Positions 11,174-20,826 of a stretch of DNA of 64,000 nucleotides are shown here, piece by piece (positions within the stretch are counted from its first letter, which is position 1; each line of letters begins with the position of its first letter). Both the position numbers and the translations under genes were made by a program. The notes beneath the pieces were generated by a model. That model had not been told where the DNA came from, did not search any database, and saw only the letters and a list, made by a program, of their open reading frames with translations. Source of the stretch: Alphaproteobacteria bacterium. GTDB taxonomy: Bacteria > Pseudomonadota > Alphaproteobacteria > MPNO01. The stretch lies in contig CBDFLJ010000001.1 in NCBI GenBank assembly GCA_965248835.1, positions 1,280,001 through 1,344,000 of the forward strand. Reading direction: 5' to 3'.

Positions 11174-11938
11174 CTATCTCCCGCCCTGTCCGATCGGGAT
11201 CCCGGTCTGGGAGCCCGATGGTTCCGAAAAATCGTCCCAGCTCTGCCGGACATGCTCGTAAAGCCCCATCGTGTGCTCGCGCACCTGCGCGGCCGCGAGA
11301 TCCGCATCCCGCATCGCGATCGCCTCGATGATGCGCCCGTGGTCGAGGACCGACCGGCCGGCGCGGTCGGACTCGCGCATCGCCCGGCTGCGGACGGCGC
11401 GGACATGGACGAACAGCCCGTCGGCGATGTCCTTCAGCATGGCGCATCCGCCGAGCTCGAGGATGCCCTGGTGAAACCTGATGTTGGTCTCGGCGTACTC
11501 GTCGACGCGGGTCCTGGCCTCGTCGGTCTCGAACGCTGCGGCGAGGCGCCGCAGCGAGCGGATCTGCGCATCGCTCGCCCGTTCGGCCGCAAGCCGCGCC
11601 GCCATGCTCTCCAGCGCGGCCCAGACCGTGATCATCTCCAGGATCTCCTCGCGGGTCTTGCGGATGATGAACACGCCTCTGCGCGGCACGATCTCGACCA
11701 GCCCCTCCTGGGCGAGCCGCGCGACCGCTTCCCTGACGGGCGTGCGCGAGATGCCGAGCTGATCGGCCAGCGTTCGCTCGTCGAGGCGGAGATCGGTCGC
11801 CTCGTCGTAGATCCGCGCCGCCAGGATCGCCCGGCGCAGCTCGGCGTAGACGTGATCCTTCAGGCTGAAGCTCTGCGCGACCGGCTCCAGTGTCACCGCG
11901 TTCGAGACGGCCTCGCCGGCATCGGCGGTCGCAACCAT
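11174..11938 (-). CDS. GntR (FadR/FCD) family transcriptional regulator
   Basis: ERTLADQLGISRTPVREA HTH followed by an FCD domain with NIRFH and DH. Confidence 0.9.
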   Translation of the reverse strand: MVATADAGEAVSNAVTLEPVAQSFSLKDHVYAELRRAILAARIYDEATDLRLDERTLADQLGISRTPVREAVARLAQEGLVEIVPRRGVFIIRKTREEILEMITVWAALESMAARLAAERASDAQIRSLRRLAAAFETDEARTRVDEYAETNIRFHQGILELGGCAMLKDIADGLFVHVRAVRSRAMRESDRAGRSVLDHGRIIEAIAMRDADLAAAQVREHTMGLYEHVRQSWDDFSEPSGSQTGIPIGQGGR

Positions 11939-11980
11939 TCAGCCCACCCGTTCCGCGGCATGGTAATCCCTACTGGGATC

Positions 11981-12009
11981 TGGTATACCACATGCCAGGG
12001 AGTGTGCAA
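11981..12009 (-). promoter_or_regulatory. Putative sigma70 promoter (TTGCAC-16-TATACC) overlapped by palindrome TGGTATACCA, a candidate GntR operator
   Basis: Perfect palindrome at 11981-11990 overlapping the -10 element, upstream of gntR-TPP-frc. Confidence 0.6.
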
Positions 12010-12076
12010 CCCTTTTCGGTCGTCTCGGCCGGTCGAGACGACCGCAGGTCCGGGCGGTCGGAAATCGGCTTGGCGG

Positions 12077-12478
12077 CTACTTCAGCTCCTCGCCGGCGAT
12101 GGCGCCCTCGAGGAACTTGTTGGGCTTGAGGAACATGCTTAGCACCAGCGCACCGTTGGGCGCGGTCGCGTAGTGGCGGTTGCCGGCCGGCCGCCAGACA
12201 TAGTTGCCCGCGGTCACCTCGCCCTCGTCGTCGCGGATGCTGCCTTCGAGGACGAAGGTCTGCTCGAGATCGATATGCTCGTGCATCGGCAGGACCGCGC
12301 CCGGCGCCCACTTGAACAGCGCGGTCAGCAGGCCGGTCTCGGGGTCCTCGACCAGGACCTTCATCTCCACGCCCTCGCACTGGGTCGGCTTCCACGGGAT
12401 GTCCTCGACATCGACATAGCGCGAATCCAGCGGGCCGAGCGCGGCCTCTTGCTTGAGCAGCGGCGTCGAAGCGGCCAT
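12077..12478 (-). CDS. Cupin (ChrR-like cupin domain) protein
   Basis: PMHEH..EQTFVLEG and RPAGNRH cupin motifs. Confidence 0.8.
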   Translation of the reverse strand: MAASTPLLKQEAALGPLDSRYVDVEDIPWKPTQCEGVEMKVLVEDPETGLLTALFKWAPGAVLPMHEHIDLEQTFVLEGSIRDDEGEVTAGNYVWRPAGNRHYATAPNGALVLSMFLKPNKFLEGAIAGEELK

Positions 12479-12630
12479 GGCCTACCTCCTCGTTGGATGG
12501 GCAGCCACTGTATCGGCGCGTGCGGCGGCTCACAAGCGCGTGTCCCCGCCTGTCCGGGACATCGCCGCGCCATTGCCGGGGCCGCGTGATAGAATGCCAG
12601 CGGGGCGGTCGGCAGCGGAAAGCGAGCGCG

Positions 12631-14706
12631 ATGACATCGTGGATGGTGGGGATCGATACCGGCGGGACGTTCACCGATCTGATCGCGTTCAACGCCGAGA
12701 CCGGCGAGCGCCGCGCGGCCAAGGTCCCTTCGGTCCCCGAGGATCCGTCCACGGCGGTGATCGATGCGCTGGGCGAGATGTTCGAGTCCGGAATCGCGCC
12801 GGGCGAGGTCGGTTTCCTGGTCCATGGCACCACGGTGGGCACCAACACGCTGATCGAGGAGACCGGCGCGCGGGCCGGGCTATTGATCACCGAGGGCTTC
12901 CGGGCGGTCTATGAGGCGCGCGGCTGGTCGCAGCCCGACCCCGACGATCTGCTGGACCCGTTCTACCGCAAGCCGACGCTGCTGGTGCCGCAGTCCCGCA
13001 CCGCCGAGGTGACCGAGCGGCTCGACTACGAGGGCAAGGTGCTCGCCCCGTTGGACGAGGCGAGCGTCCGCGCCGCGGTCGCAGCCTTGCAGAAACAGCG
13101 CATCGACTCGCTCGCGGTCTGCTTCCTGTTCAGCTTCGCAAACCCCGCGCACGAGCGCCGGGTGGCCGAGATCGTCGCCGAGGAGGCGCCGTGTTGGCGG
13201 GTCTCGCTGTCCTCGGACGTCCTGCCGACGATCCGCGAATACCCGCGCCTGTCGACCACCGCGATCGATGCCTATGTCGGTCCGATGGTCCAGACCTATC
13301 TGCTGAGGCTCGGCGAGCGGATCGCGGCCGCCGGCATCGACACCCCACAGCTCTTCCTGATGCAGTCCCATGGCGGGCTGATGCGGGTCAATCTCGGCGC
13401 CCGCTTCCCCAACCAGACCCTGCTGTCCGGGCCCGCCGCGGGCGTCGTCTCCGGGCGTGCGCTCGGTGCGCTGGTCGGGCGTGACAACGTCGTGACCTTC
13501 GACATGGGCGGGACCAGCACCGACATCAGCGTCATCGCCGACGGCCGGATCGAGGAGACCGACTCCGGCCGGATCGCCGGCCAGGACATCGGCACGCCGA
13601 TGCTCTCGGTCGCGACCCTGGGCGCGGGCGGCGGCACGATCGCCCATATCGGCCGGGACGGGCTGATGAAGGTCGGCCCGCGCAGCGCCGGCGCCCAGCC
13701 CGGACCGGCTTGCTACGGCCGCGGCGGCGAGGATCCGACGGTCACCGACGCGAACCTGATCCTGGGTGCGCTCGGCACCGGCAGCACGCTGGGCGGACGC
13801 ATGAGCATGGACCCCGCGCTCGCCCGCGCCGCAATCGCGGCCAGGCTCGCCGAGCCGCTGGGGCTGGATGTCGTCCAGGCCGCATCCGGCATCATCCGGA
13901 TCGTCAACTCCAACATGGCCGTCGATCTCAGGCTCGCCTTCCAGCGCCGCGGCGCCGATCCGCGCAACTTCTCGCTGATCGCCTTCGGCGGCGCCGGCCC
14001 GCTGCACGCCGCAGCGCTTGCCCGCGACCTCGGCATCCCGAGCGTCATCGTCCCGCCGGCGCCCGGGCTCAACAGCGCGCTGGGACTGCTCCAGACCGAC
14101 GTCCGGCACATCTATGTCAAGTCGTCCGTCGGCCTGCTGGGCGGCTTCCCGGTCGGGCGCATGGAAGCCGCGTTCGGCGAGCTCGAGGAACGCGCGCTCG
14201 CCGATGCGCGGGAAGAGGGCTTCGCTGCCGAGCACGTCCGGCTGCGCCGCCAGATCGACATGCGCTACCTGCACCAGGGCTACCAGCTCGCCGTCGATTG
14301 CCTCGGCCGGCCGGTGGCCGAGGACGAGAAGACGGCGTTGAAGGAGCGCTTCGATGCGCTGCACCAGCAGGTCTACGGCGCGTCTGCGCCCGAGGAGGAC
14401 GCCGAGGTGGTCACCTTCCGTGCGATCGCCGAGATCACGGTCCCCAAGCTGGTGCTGCCCGAGATCGCGGCCGCGGACGGCGATGCCGACACCGCGCTGA
14501 CCGACGAGCGTGAGCTCTACGACCTGGACTCCGGCCGCTTCGTGCCGGTGCGCATCTACGACCGCGCGCGCTTGCGCGCCGGCCACCGGATCGCCGGCGC
14601 GGCGGTGATCGAGCAGTTCGATTCCACCACGCTCGTGCTGCCCGGCCAGGCCGCGACGGTCGAGGCCCACGGGAACCTGATCATCGATACCGGAGAAAGT
14701 CCATGA
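12631..14706 (+). CDS. Hydantoinase A / 5-oxoprolinase subunit (ATP-dependent lactamase family)
   Basis: GIDTGGTFTD, SGPAAG, DMGGTSTD and GAGGG motifs; start set to ATG 12631. Confidence 0.9.
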   Translation: MTSWMVGIDTGGTFTDLIAFNAETGERRAAKVPSVPEDPSTAVIDALGEMFESGIAPGEVGFLVHGTTVGTNTLIEETGARAGLLITEGFRAVYEARGWSQPDPDDLLDPFYRKPTLLVPQSRTAEVTERLDYEGKVLAPLDEASVRAAVAALQKQRIDSLAVCFLFSFANPAHERRVAEIVAEEAPCWRVSLSSDVLPTIREYPRLSTTAIDAYVGPMVQTYLLRLGERIAAAGIDTPQLFLMQSHGGLMRVNLGARFPNQTLLSGPAAGVVSGRALGALVGRDNVVTFDMGGTSTDISVIADGRIEETDSGRIAGQDIGTPMLSVATLGAGGGTIAHIGRDGLMKVGPRSAGAQPGPACYGRGGEDPTVTDANLILGALGTGSTLGGRMSMDPALARAAIAARLAEPLGLDVVQAASGIIRIVNSNMAVDLRLAFQRRGADPRNFSLIAFGGAGPLHAAALARDLGIPSVIVPPAPGLNSALGLLQTDVRHIYVKSSVGLLGGFPVGRMEAAFGELEERALADAREEGFAAEHVRLRRQIDMRYLHQGYQLAVDCLGRPVAEDEKTALKERFDALHQQVYGASAPEEDAEVVTFRAIAEITVPKLVLPEIAAADGDADTALTDERELYDLDSGRFVPVRIYDRARLRAGHRIAGAAVIEQFDSTTLVLPGQAATVEAHGNLIIDTGESP

Positions 14707-16421
14707 GCCTCGATCCGATCACCGCCGAGGTCGTGCTCAGCCGGCTGCGCGAGACCACCGAGGCGATGGCGCACGCGCTGTTCCACAGCGGCTATTCGCC
14801 GATCCTGCGCGAATCCCAGGACGGCACCGCCGGGCTCACCGACGGCAGCGGGCGGGTGATCATGGTCGGCGGCGGGCTGCAATACCATTCGCTGCTGTAC
14901 AGCAAGTCGATCGGCAGCATTTTCGAACGCTACCCCGCCGAATCGATGCGCGAGGGCGACACCTTCATCTGCAACGACCCCTACAAGGCCGGCAACAGCC
15001 ATGTCCCCGATATCGTCGTGGCGACGCCGGCCTTCCATGACGGCAATATCGTCGCCTTCGGCGTCAGCGTCGCCCACAAGGCCGATGTCGGCGGGCTGGT
15101 GCCGGGTTCCTCGGGCGCGGCGGCGCGCGAGATCTTCCACGACGGGCTGTTGCTGCCGCCGGTCCGGATGTGGACCGCAGACGGCGTCAACCCGGAGGTC
15201 GAGGCGATCATCCGCAACAACAGTCGGGCGCCGGAGATGGTCATCGGCGACCTGCGCGGCCAGGCCGGCGCGACTCGGCTCGGTGCGGCGCGCGCGGTCG
15301 CGCTGTGCGAGACCTTTGGCGTGGAGATTTTCACCGAGACCATGGCGACGCTGATCGAGCGCACCGCCGCGCGGGTGCGCGCCGAGGTCGCCGCCTGGCC
15401 CGACGGCAGCGCCGAGGCGGAAGGCTTCCTCGACCACGACGGCGTCGACACCTCGCGCCGGGTCCGCATCCATGTCCACGCGACCAAGACCGGCGCCCGG
15501 CTCCGGCTCGATTTCAGCCAAACCGATCCGCAGGCCTACAGCCCGGTCAACCTGCCCCAGCCGACCGCCCAGGCGGTCTCGATGCAGGCGGTGATCGCAG
15601 CGTCCGATCCGACCATCCCGATGAACTCGGGCGCCTTCGATGCGGTCGACTTCGCCATCCCGCCGGGCCGGCTGATCAGCCCGCAGTTCCCGGCCTCGGT
15701 CAACCACTACTTCCCGACGGCGCACCTGACCTACAATGTGGTCCTGGCCGCGCTGGGCAAGCTCAACCCGGCCCGCGCCGTTGCGCCCTCGGGGCTCGGC
15801 AGCGGGGCGATCGCGGTGGGCTACCCCATGGGGCGCGCCGGCAAGCCGACCGTCCAGTACGAGATCCTGATCACCTCGCTCGGCGGAACCAGCCAGGGCG
15901 ACGGCGCTTCGGTGGTGCTGGCGATGAACCATTTCGCCCCCGGAACGCCGGTCGAGATCATCGAGACCGAGTACCCCGTCCGGGTCAAGAAGTTCGACAT
16001 GTGGCAGGACAGCGCCGGCGCCGGCAAGCAGCGCGGCGGGATCGGCTTCGACCGGGAATACGAGTTCCTGACCGCGTGCACGCTGACGGTTCGCTCGTCC
16101 AACCAGAAGGAGGCCGCCTGGGGGCTGTTCGGCGGCGGCAGCCCACCGCCGTCCAAGACCTCGATCACCCTGCCCGACGGCGCGCGCGAGGATATGGGCG
16201 TGCTCGAGACCAGGGCGATCGAGCCCGGATCGGTGCTGCGCCTGGCGCGCAGCGGCGGCGGCGGATACGGCGACCCGCACGACCGGCCGGCCGAGCGCGT
16301 GCACGCCGACGTCGCCGACGGCTATGTCTCGCGCGCCGCCGCGGCCAGGCTTTACGGCGTGGTCCTCGACGCGGACGGGGCGTTGGACGACGACGGCACC
16401 CGGCGTCTGCGAAACCGCTGA
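14703..16421 (+). CDS. Hydantoinase B / oxoprolinase subunit
   Basis: YSPILRE, NDPYKAGNSHVPD, HKADVGG and GGGGYGDP motifs; ATGA overlap with the A subunit. Confidence 0.9.
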   Translation: MSLDPITAEVVLSRLRETTEAMAHALFHSGYSPILRESQDGTAGLTDGSGRVIMVGGGLQYHSLLYSKSIGSIFERYPAESMREGDTFICNDPYKAGNSHVPDIVVATPAFHDGNIVAFGVSVAHKADVGGLVPGSSGAAAREIFHDGLLLPPVRMWTADGVNPEVEAIIRNNSRAPEMVIGDLRGQAGATRLGAARAVALCETFGVEIFTETMATLIERTAARVRAEVAAWPDGSAEAEGFLDHDGVDTSRRVRIHVHATKTGARLRLDFSQTDPQAYSPVNLPQPTAQAVSMQAVIAASDPTIPMNSGAFDAVDFAIPPGRLISPQFPASVNHYFPTAHLTYNVVLAALGKLNPARAVAPSGLGSGAIAVGYPMGRAGKPTVQYEILITSLGGTSQGDGASVVLAMNHFAPGTPVEIIETEYPVRVKKFDMWQDSAGAGKQRGGIGFDREYEFLTACTLTVRSSNQKEAAWGLFGGGSPPPSKTSITLPDGAREDMGVLETRAIEPGSVLRLARSGGGGYGDPHDRPAERVHADVADGYVSRAAAARLYGVVLDADGALDDDGTRRLRNR

Positions 16422-16440
16422 CCGACGCCCGGCGGACGGG

Positions 16441-17406
16441 TCAACGCGGCGCCAGCACCGCCCGCGCATGGGCGGCCGACTGCCGTGCGCCCTGGACCGC
16501 GCGGTCGATGCCGCCGAGCATGAACATGAACCCGTGGATGGTCGAATCGATCACCCGGTAGTGCGCCGCAACGCCCGCCGCCGCGAGCCGTTGGACGAAG
16601 GCCGCGTTGTCGTCGCGCCTCGGGTCGAACCCGGCGGTCATCAGCCAGGTCGGCGGCAGGATCGAGACGTCCGCCAGCCGCATCGGCGCGATCAGCGGGT
16701 TGTCCAGCTCCGCTATGTCGTTGAGGTAGTGGCCCATCGACCATTTCATCAGCCCGGCGGTCAGAAAATACCCCTCCGACAGCGTCCGCATGGACTCGGT
16801 CTGCGGGCCGCCGGCGGTGCCGGGATACCACAGGAGCTGGTAGGCGATCGGCGGTCCGCCGCGGGCGTGGGCGAGCTGGCAGACCGCGATCGCGAGCGTG
16901 CCGCCCGAGGAGTCGCCGCCGACCGCGATGCGGGCCGCATCAGCGCCCAACGCCGCGGCGTTCTCGGCCGCCCAGCAGGTCGCGGCGTAGCAGTCCTCGT
17001 GGGCCGCCGGGAACTTGTGCTCGGGCGCCCGGCGGTAGCCGACCGAAAGCATCATGCAGCCCGACTCCGCGGCCATCAGCCGGCACAAGCTGTCATGGGT
17101 GCCGAGGCTGCCGAAGACGTAGCCGCCGGCATGGAAGAAGACGATCAGCGGCAACCCGCCGGGCGGGGCCGGGCCTCCGGCGCGGTAGAGCCGGGCCTGG
17201 ATGCTCCCGCCATCGGGCCCGGGGATCGCGAAGTCCTCGATCGCGCCGACGGCGGGCTTGGGATCGAGGTCCCACTTGCCGACGAAGGCCTCGATATGGG
17301 TGCGCGCCTCATCGGGCGTCATGTCGGCGATCGGCCGGACGCTCGGGCCTTCGAGGTCGGCAAGCACGCGCGCGGTCTGGGGATCGAGCGTGCGCTCAGC
17401 TTTCAT
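16441..17406 (-). CDS. Alpha/beta hydrolase (HSL-family esterase)
   Basis: HAGGY oxyanion motif, GDSSGG nucleophile, FDPRRDD and IHGF; start set to ATG 17406. Confidence 0.85.
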   Translation of the reverse strand: MKAERTLDPQTARVLADLEGPSVRPIADMTPDEARTHIEAFVGKWDLDPKPAVGAIEDFAIPGPDGGSIQARLYRAGGPAPPGGLPLIVFFHAGGYVFGSLGTHDSLCRLMAAESGCMMLSVGYRRAPEHKFPAAHEDCYAATCWAAENAAALGADAARIAVGGDSSGGTLAIAVCQLAHARGGPPIAYQLLWYPGTAGGPQTESMRTLSEGYFLTAGLMKWSMGHYLNDIAELDNPLIAPMRLADVSILPPTWLMTAGFDPRRDDNAAFVQRLAAAGVAAHYRVIDSTIHGFMFMLGGIDRAVQGARQSAAHARAVLAPR

Positions 17407-17812
17407 CGCCGCCCTCCTTCGGCGCGAGGAACCCGCCGATCGTCTCCTCGGTGTGGAAATCCGGCTGCTCGTAATAGTGCGGCCCGTCATAGATCTCGAT
17501 CAGGATCGAGCGCTCGCGGGCCAGCGTCGGGCCGTGCGGGTTGTCCTTGGGGTTGGAATAGAACGCGCCCGGGCCCAGCACGATGTTCGAATCGGTGTAT
17601 TCGTACGCGCCGGAGATGCAGTACATGAACTGGTTGGACGCATGCGCGTGCCTTGTGGGGACGGCGCCGCCGGCCTCGAAGTCGAGGACGGCGATGCTGG
17701 CGCCGGTCTCCGGGTTCTTCCACAGGAAATACTGGCGGAAGCCGTAGTCGGGAAATTCCACCCATCCGTCCTCGTCGAGCCGGGTGGTGTCGATGACGAT
17801 CTCTTTGGTCAC
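17396..17812 (-). CDS. Cupin-domain protein
   Basis: RHAHASNQFMYCISG and NPKDNPHGP motifs; start set to GTG 17812. Confidence 0.75.
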   Translation of the reverse strand: MTKEIVIDTTRLDEDGWVEFPDYGFRQYFLWKNPETGASIAVLDFEAGGAVPTRHAHASNQFMYCISGAYEYTDSNIVLGPGAFYSNPKDNPHGPTLARERSILIEIYDGPHYYEQPDFHTEETIGGFLAPKEGGDES

Positions 17813-17892
17813 TTGCCCCTCCGCTGTCTGGTGCGGCGTCGGGATTGGCAACGCCCCGCCGCTTGGGGGATAGTCTCGCACGCGGAGGGATT

Positions 17893-18615
17893 ATGCCCGA
17901 AATCCTCGATGAGGCGGTTTGCGAAAACCTGCTGCGGGTCGGCGTCTCCACACTGACGACCTGCTTGTTCAAGCGCGGCTTCCGCAGCCGGCTGATCGCC
18001 GGCGCGCTGCCGATCAACGCCGATGCGGCCGCGATGGCCGGCCCCGCCTTCACGCTGCGCTTCATCCCCGCGCGCGAGGACATCGACACGATCCAGGCCT
18101 ATGCCGCGGACACCCATGTCCATCGCCGGGCGATGGAGGAATGCCCGACCGGCCATGTCCTGGTCATCGATGCCGGCGGCAGCACCGCCGCCGCCTCGGC
18201 CGGCGACATCATGATGGGCCGGCTGAAGGCGCGCGGCGCGGTCGGCGCGGTGACCGACGGCGGGTTTCGCGACACCGCGGACATCGCCGCGCTGGGCTTC
18301 CCGGTCTTCCATCGCGCGCCGGCGCCGCCGTCGAGCCCGATCGCGCTTCACCCCGCCGACCTGAACCTGCCGATCGGCTGCGGCGGTGTGGCGGTCTATC
18401 CGGGCGACATCGTCGTCGGCGACCGCGAAGGGGTGGTCGTCATCCCCGCCGGGCTGGCTGTTGAGGTTGCCGCCGAAGCCGTCGCGATGACCGAATACGA
18501 GGCCTTCGCAGCCGCGAAGGTCGCCGAGGGAAGGTCGATCTACGGGCTCTACCCGGCCGGCGAGGCCGCCCTCGCCGAATTCGCCCTGTGGCGCAAACCC
18601 GCCCGCAAGCCCTGA
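17893..18615 (+). CDS. RraA-family / HMG aldolase-like protein (island integration target)
   Basis: AGPAFTLRFIPARED, GDIM, DGGFRD and PGDIVVGDREGVVVIP motifs; RBS GGAGGG before ATG 17893. Confidence 0.85.
   Translation: MPEILDEAVCENLLRVGVSTLTTCLFKRGFRSRLIAGALPINADAAAMAGPAFTLRFIPAREDIDTIQAYAADTHVHRRAMEECPTGHVLVIDAGGSTAAASAGDIMMGRLKARGAVGAVTDGGFRDTADIAALGFPVFHRAPAPPSSPIALHPADLNLPIGCGGVAVYPGDIVVGDREGVVVIPAGLAVEVAAEAVAMTEYEAFAAAKVAEGRSIYGLYPAGEAALAEFALWRKPARKP
18575..18598 (+). repeat. Direct repeat copy 1 (attL-like) CCGAATTCGCCCTGTGGCGCAAAC
   Basis: Identical 24-mer at 29286-29309; lies within the last codons of the RraA-family gene. Confidence 0.85.
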
Positions 18616-18731
18616 TCCGCCGCTCGGCCGCCTCAGCCGCACCCGCACCGCGGTGGACACCTTTCTGTTCTGCGTAGGCCGTTTGCGGCCGCCGTGCACG
18701 CGCCGACCAGCCGTCCGCTCGGCGGATAAAG

Positions 18732-20810
18732 CTAAGTGTTCATCCGCAAGTCTTCTAGGAACTCCGACGCCGGCTCCACGCCGGTCACCAGAAGGTGGTC
18801 CCGGGCGCGTGTGCAGGCCACATAGAGAAGGTACCGCTCGGTCTCGTAGGTATCCGTAAGGTCGGCTTCGTCGGCAATGCTCTCGATCCTGGATTGCAAC
18901 GGCAGTATCTCGTCGTCGCACGCCGCGACTGCGACGGCGCGGAACTCCAGGCCCTTGGCGAGGTGCATCGTCCCGACCGCGACGCTGCCGGATACGGAGT
19001 CCGAGCGTTCGTCCAATGCGGCCATGGACATCCCGGCGGCGCGGACGGCCTTGCCGGCCCGCTCAATCTCGGCCTCGGACCGCACGAACACGCCGATCTC
19101 ATGCGGCAGGCAGCCGTCATCCCGCCGCGCGGCGAGCCACTCGGCGATCACCGCACACTCCTCATCCGGCGATTCGAGAATTCTGACGCTCGGCTCTGGT
19201 CCGTTGAACACCGAGACCGTGCCGCCGCGCCGCTCAGCGATGCCGTCGACGTCGGCGAGCTCGCTTGGCAGAAGTCGATCTGCCTGTCGTCGGATCTGAT
19301 GGGAGGTCCGGTAGTTGATGCGCAAAGTATGGGAGCGCCCGCGCACGTCCACGCCCAACGCCCGCCACGAGAACGGCGTCTGGAAGATTCGTTGGCCCAA
19401 ATCGCCGGCGAAGAACAGACAGCCGGACCGGTCGCTCCCAAGGGCCGCGAGAAAGCGGAGCTCCGGCACGCCGATGTCCTGCGCTTCGTCGATGACGCAG
19501 AAATCGAAAGGCGGATGCTGCGCCGCCGCGAAGTGCCGTTCCAGGCGGCGGAACAGGCCGGGCTCGGTGAGGAGGCCCTGGTCGTCGAGGGCGGCGCGCA
19601 GCTTGGAAAAGATCGACCAGAGCACGGCGCGCTGCGGTTCGGCCAGGCGCGTCTTTCGGCCGAGCCGCGCGACGTCGCGATAGTCTTCCCAGCTCTCAAG
19701 CTGCCAAGCGTCGACGACTTTGCTCCATTCCGTCCAGAGGAAGGGTGGGCTGAACCTATGCCATTCCACGTCCGCCGCCACCCGGGCGAGCAGCTCTCGG
19801 ACCTGATCGTCGGCCGCCAGATTAGGTCGGCCGAAATTCACTTCGTAGAGGCGGCGGCCGATCCCGCTCATCGAGTGCACTTCGAGGCGTTCGCCGATGT
19901 TTGGCTGGTTGCCGATCAGGCGTCTCAGCTTCACGCGCAACGCATTCGCGAGCGGATCGGAAAAGGTGGCGAGGAGAACCCGCGCGTCTGGATGCACCTG
20001 GGCGAGGTGGACGGCCCGATGAAGGGCGACGATCGTCTTTCCGGTGCCCGCCGATCCCGAGACCCGGGCCGCGCCGCCGAAGTCGCGCTCGACGATCCGG
20101 CGCTGCGCCGGGTGAAGGAAGACGGTCCACTTCTCCCACGGATAGTCGAGCGCGCGTTCCAGCTCTTCCGCATTCGCCATAACGCGGAATCGGCGTTGCG
20201 CGTCCGGATGGGCGAACGGGTCCGCGTCGGCGCCCGCTTGCAACGGCCGATCCGGAACGCCGCCTGTTGCAAGCTCCAGCAGCGCCTCGGCCGCCTCAGC
20301 CGGCAGGCGGTCGGTGATGTCGAAGAGGGTGTCTTCGGTGGCCTGCTTTACGTCATCGAGCCATTCCGAGGGCACTCCGTAGTCCAACAGCTCGTCATCG
20401 GTGACCTGTGGGAACAATAGGGGCTTTTGCGGTACAGGATCGGCGGCCTCCACGGGCCTTGGAATTCTGATCTCCTCAACCGTCTCCCGCACTTCGATGA
20501 GCTGGGCAGCGCCGGTTGTCGGATGCCGCTCGATCTTGCGCCGTTCGGTCCAGCGGTAGGCGTCGTCGTGATGGTCGACGTAGCACAGGAGGAGGCTTGA
20601 CGCGGTCCGATGAACGATCAGCCGGATGTCCCGGTTCACGCGAACCGACCAGAAATTCGGGTCTCTGGCGCGATCGACCTTATGGAACTGCAAGCCCGGA
20701 TTTGCGGGATCGAGCTGAAGGTCGAAGGCCGTGGTCTTGGCCGCCTTCTGTTCCTGTCCCGTCAGCTTGGTGAGGCTGTCGGTGAAGGTATCGGCAATGC
20801 GGAATTCCAT
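18732..20810 (-). CDS. UvrD/Rep-like SF1 helicase with an N-terminal RelE-like domain
   Basis: GSAGTGKT, DEAQD, NYRT, TMHLAKGLEF and LYVACTRAR motifs; N-terminus ...GLQFHKV...FWSVRVNRDIRLIV...HHDDAY; start set to ATG 20810. Confidence 0.85.
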   Translation of the reverse strand: MEFRIADTFTDSLTKLTGQEQKAAKTTAFDLQLDPANPGLQFHKVDRARDPNFWSVRVNRDIRLIVHRTASSLLLCYVDHHDDAYRWTERRKIERHPTTGAAQLIEVRETVEEIRIPRPVEAADPVPQKPLLFPQVTDDELLDYGVPSEWLDDVKQATEDTLFDITDRLPAEAAEALLELATGGVPDRPLQAGADADPFAHPDAQRRFRVMANAEELERALDYPWEKWTVFLHPAQRRIVERDFGGAARVSGSAGTGKTIVALHRAVHLAQVHPDARVLLATFSDPLANALRVKLRRLIGNQPNIGERLEVHSMSGIGRRLYEVNFGRPNLAADDQVRELLARVAADVEWHRFSPPFLWTEWSKVVDAWQLESWEDYRDVARLGRKTRLAEPQRAVLWSIFSKLRAALDDQGLLTEPGLFRRLERHFAAAQHPPFDFCVIDEAQDIGVPELRFLAALGSDRSGCLFFAGDLGQRIFQTPFSWRALGVDVRGRSHTLRINYRTSHQIRRQADRLLPSELADVDGIAERRGGTVSVFNGPEPSVRILESPDEECAVIAEWLAARRDDGCLPHEIGVFVRSEAEIERAGKAVRAAGMSMAALDERSDSVSGSVAVGTMHLAKGLEFRAVAVAACDDEILPLQSRIESIADEADLTDTYETERYLLYVACTRARDHLLVTGVEPASEFLEDLRMNT

Positions 20811-20826
20811 TTCGACGATGCCGGCT

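Noticed and set aside
9389-12142. Long antisense/alternate-frame ORFs (e.g. 917 aa here; also 564-1919, 12880-14670, 30191-31993, 51190-53277)
   Set aside because: They are shadow ORFs of high-GC genes: Arg/Gly/Pro-rich, without motifs, and overlapping well-supported genes.
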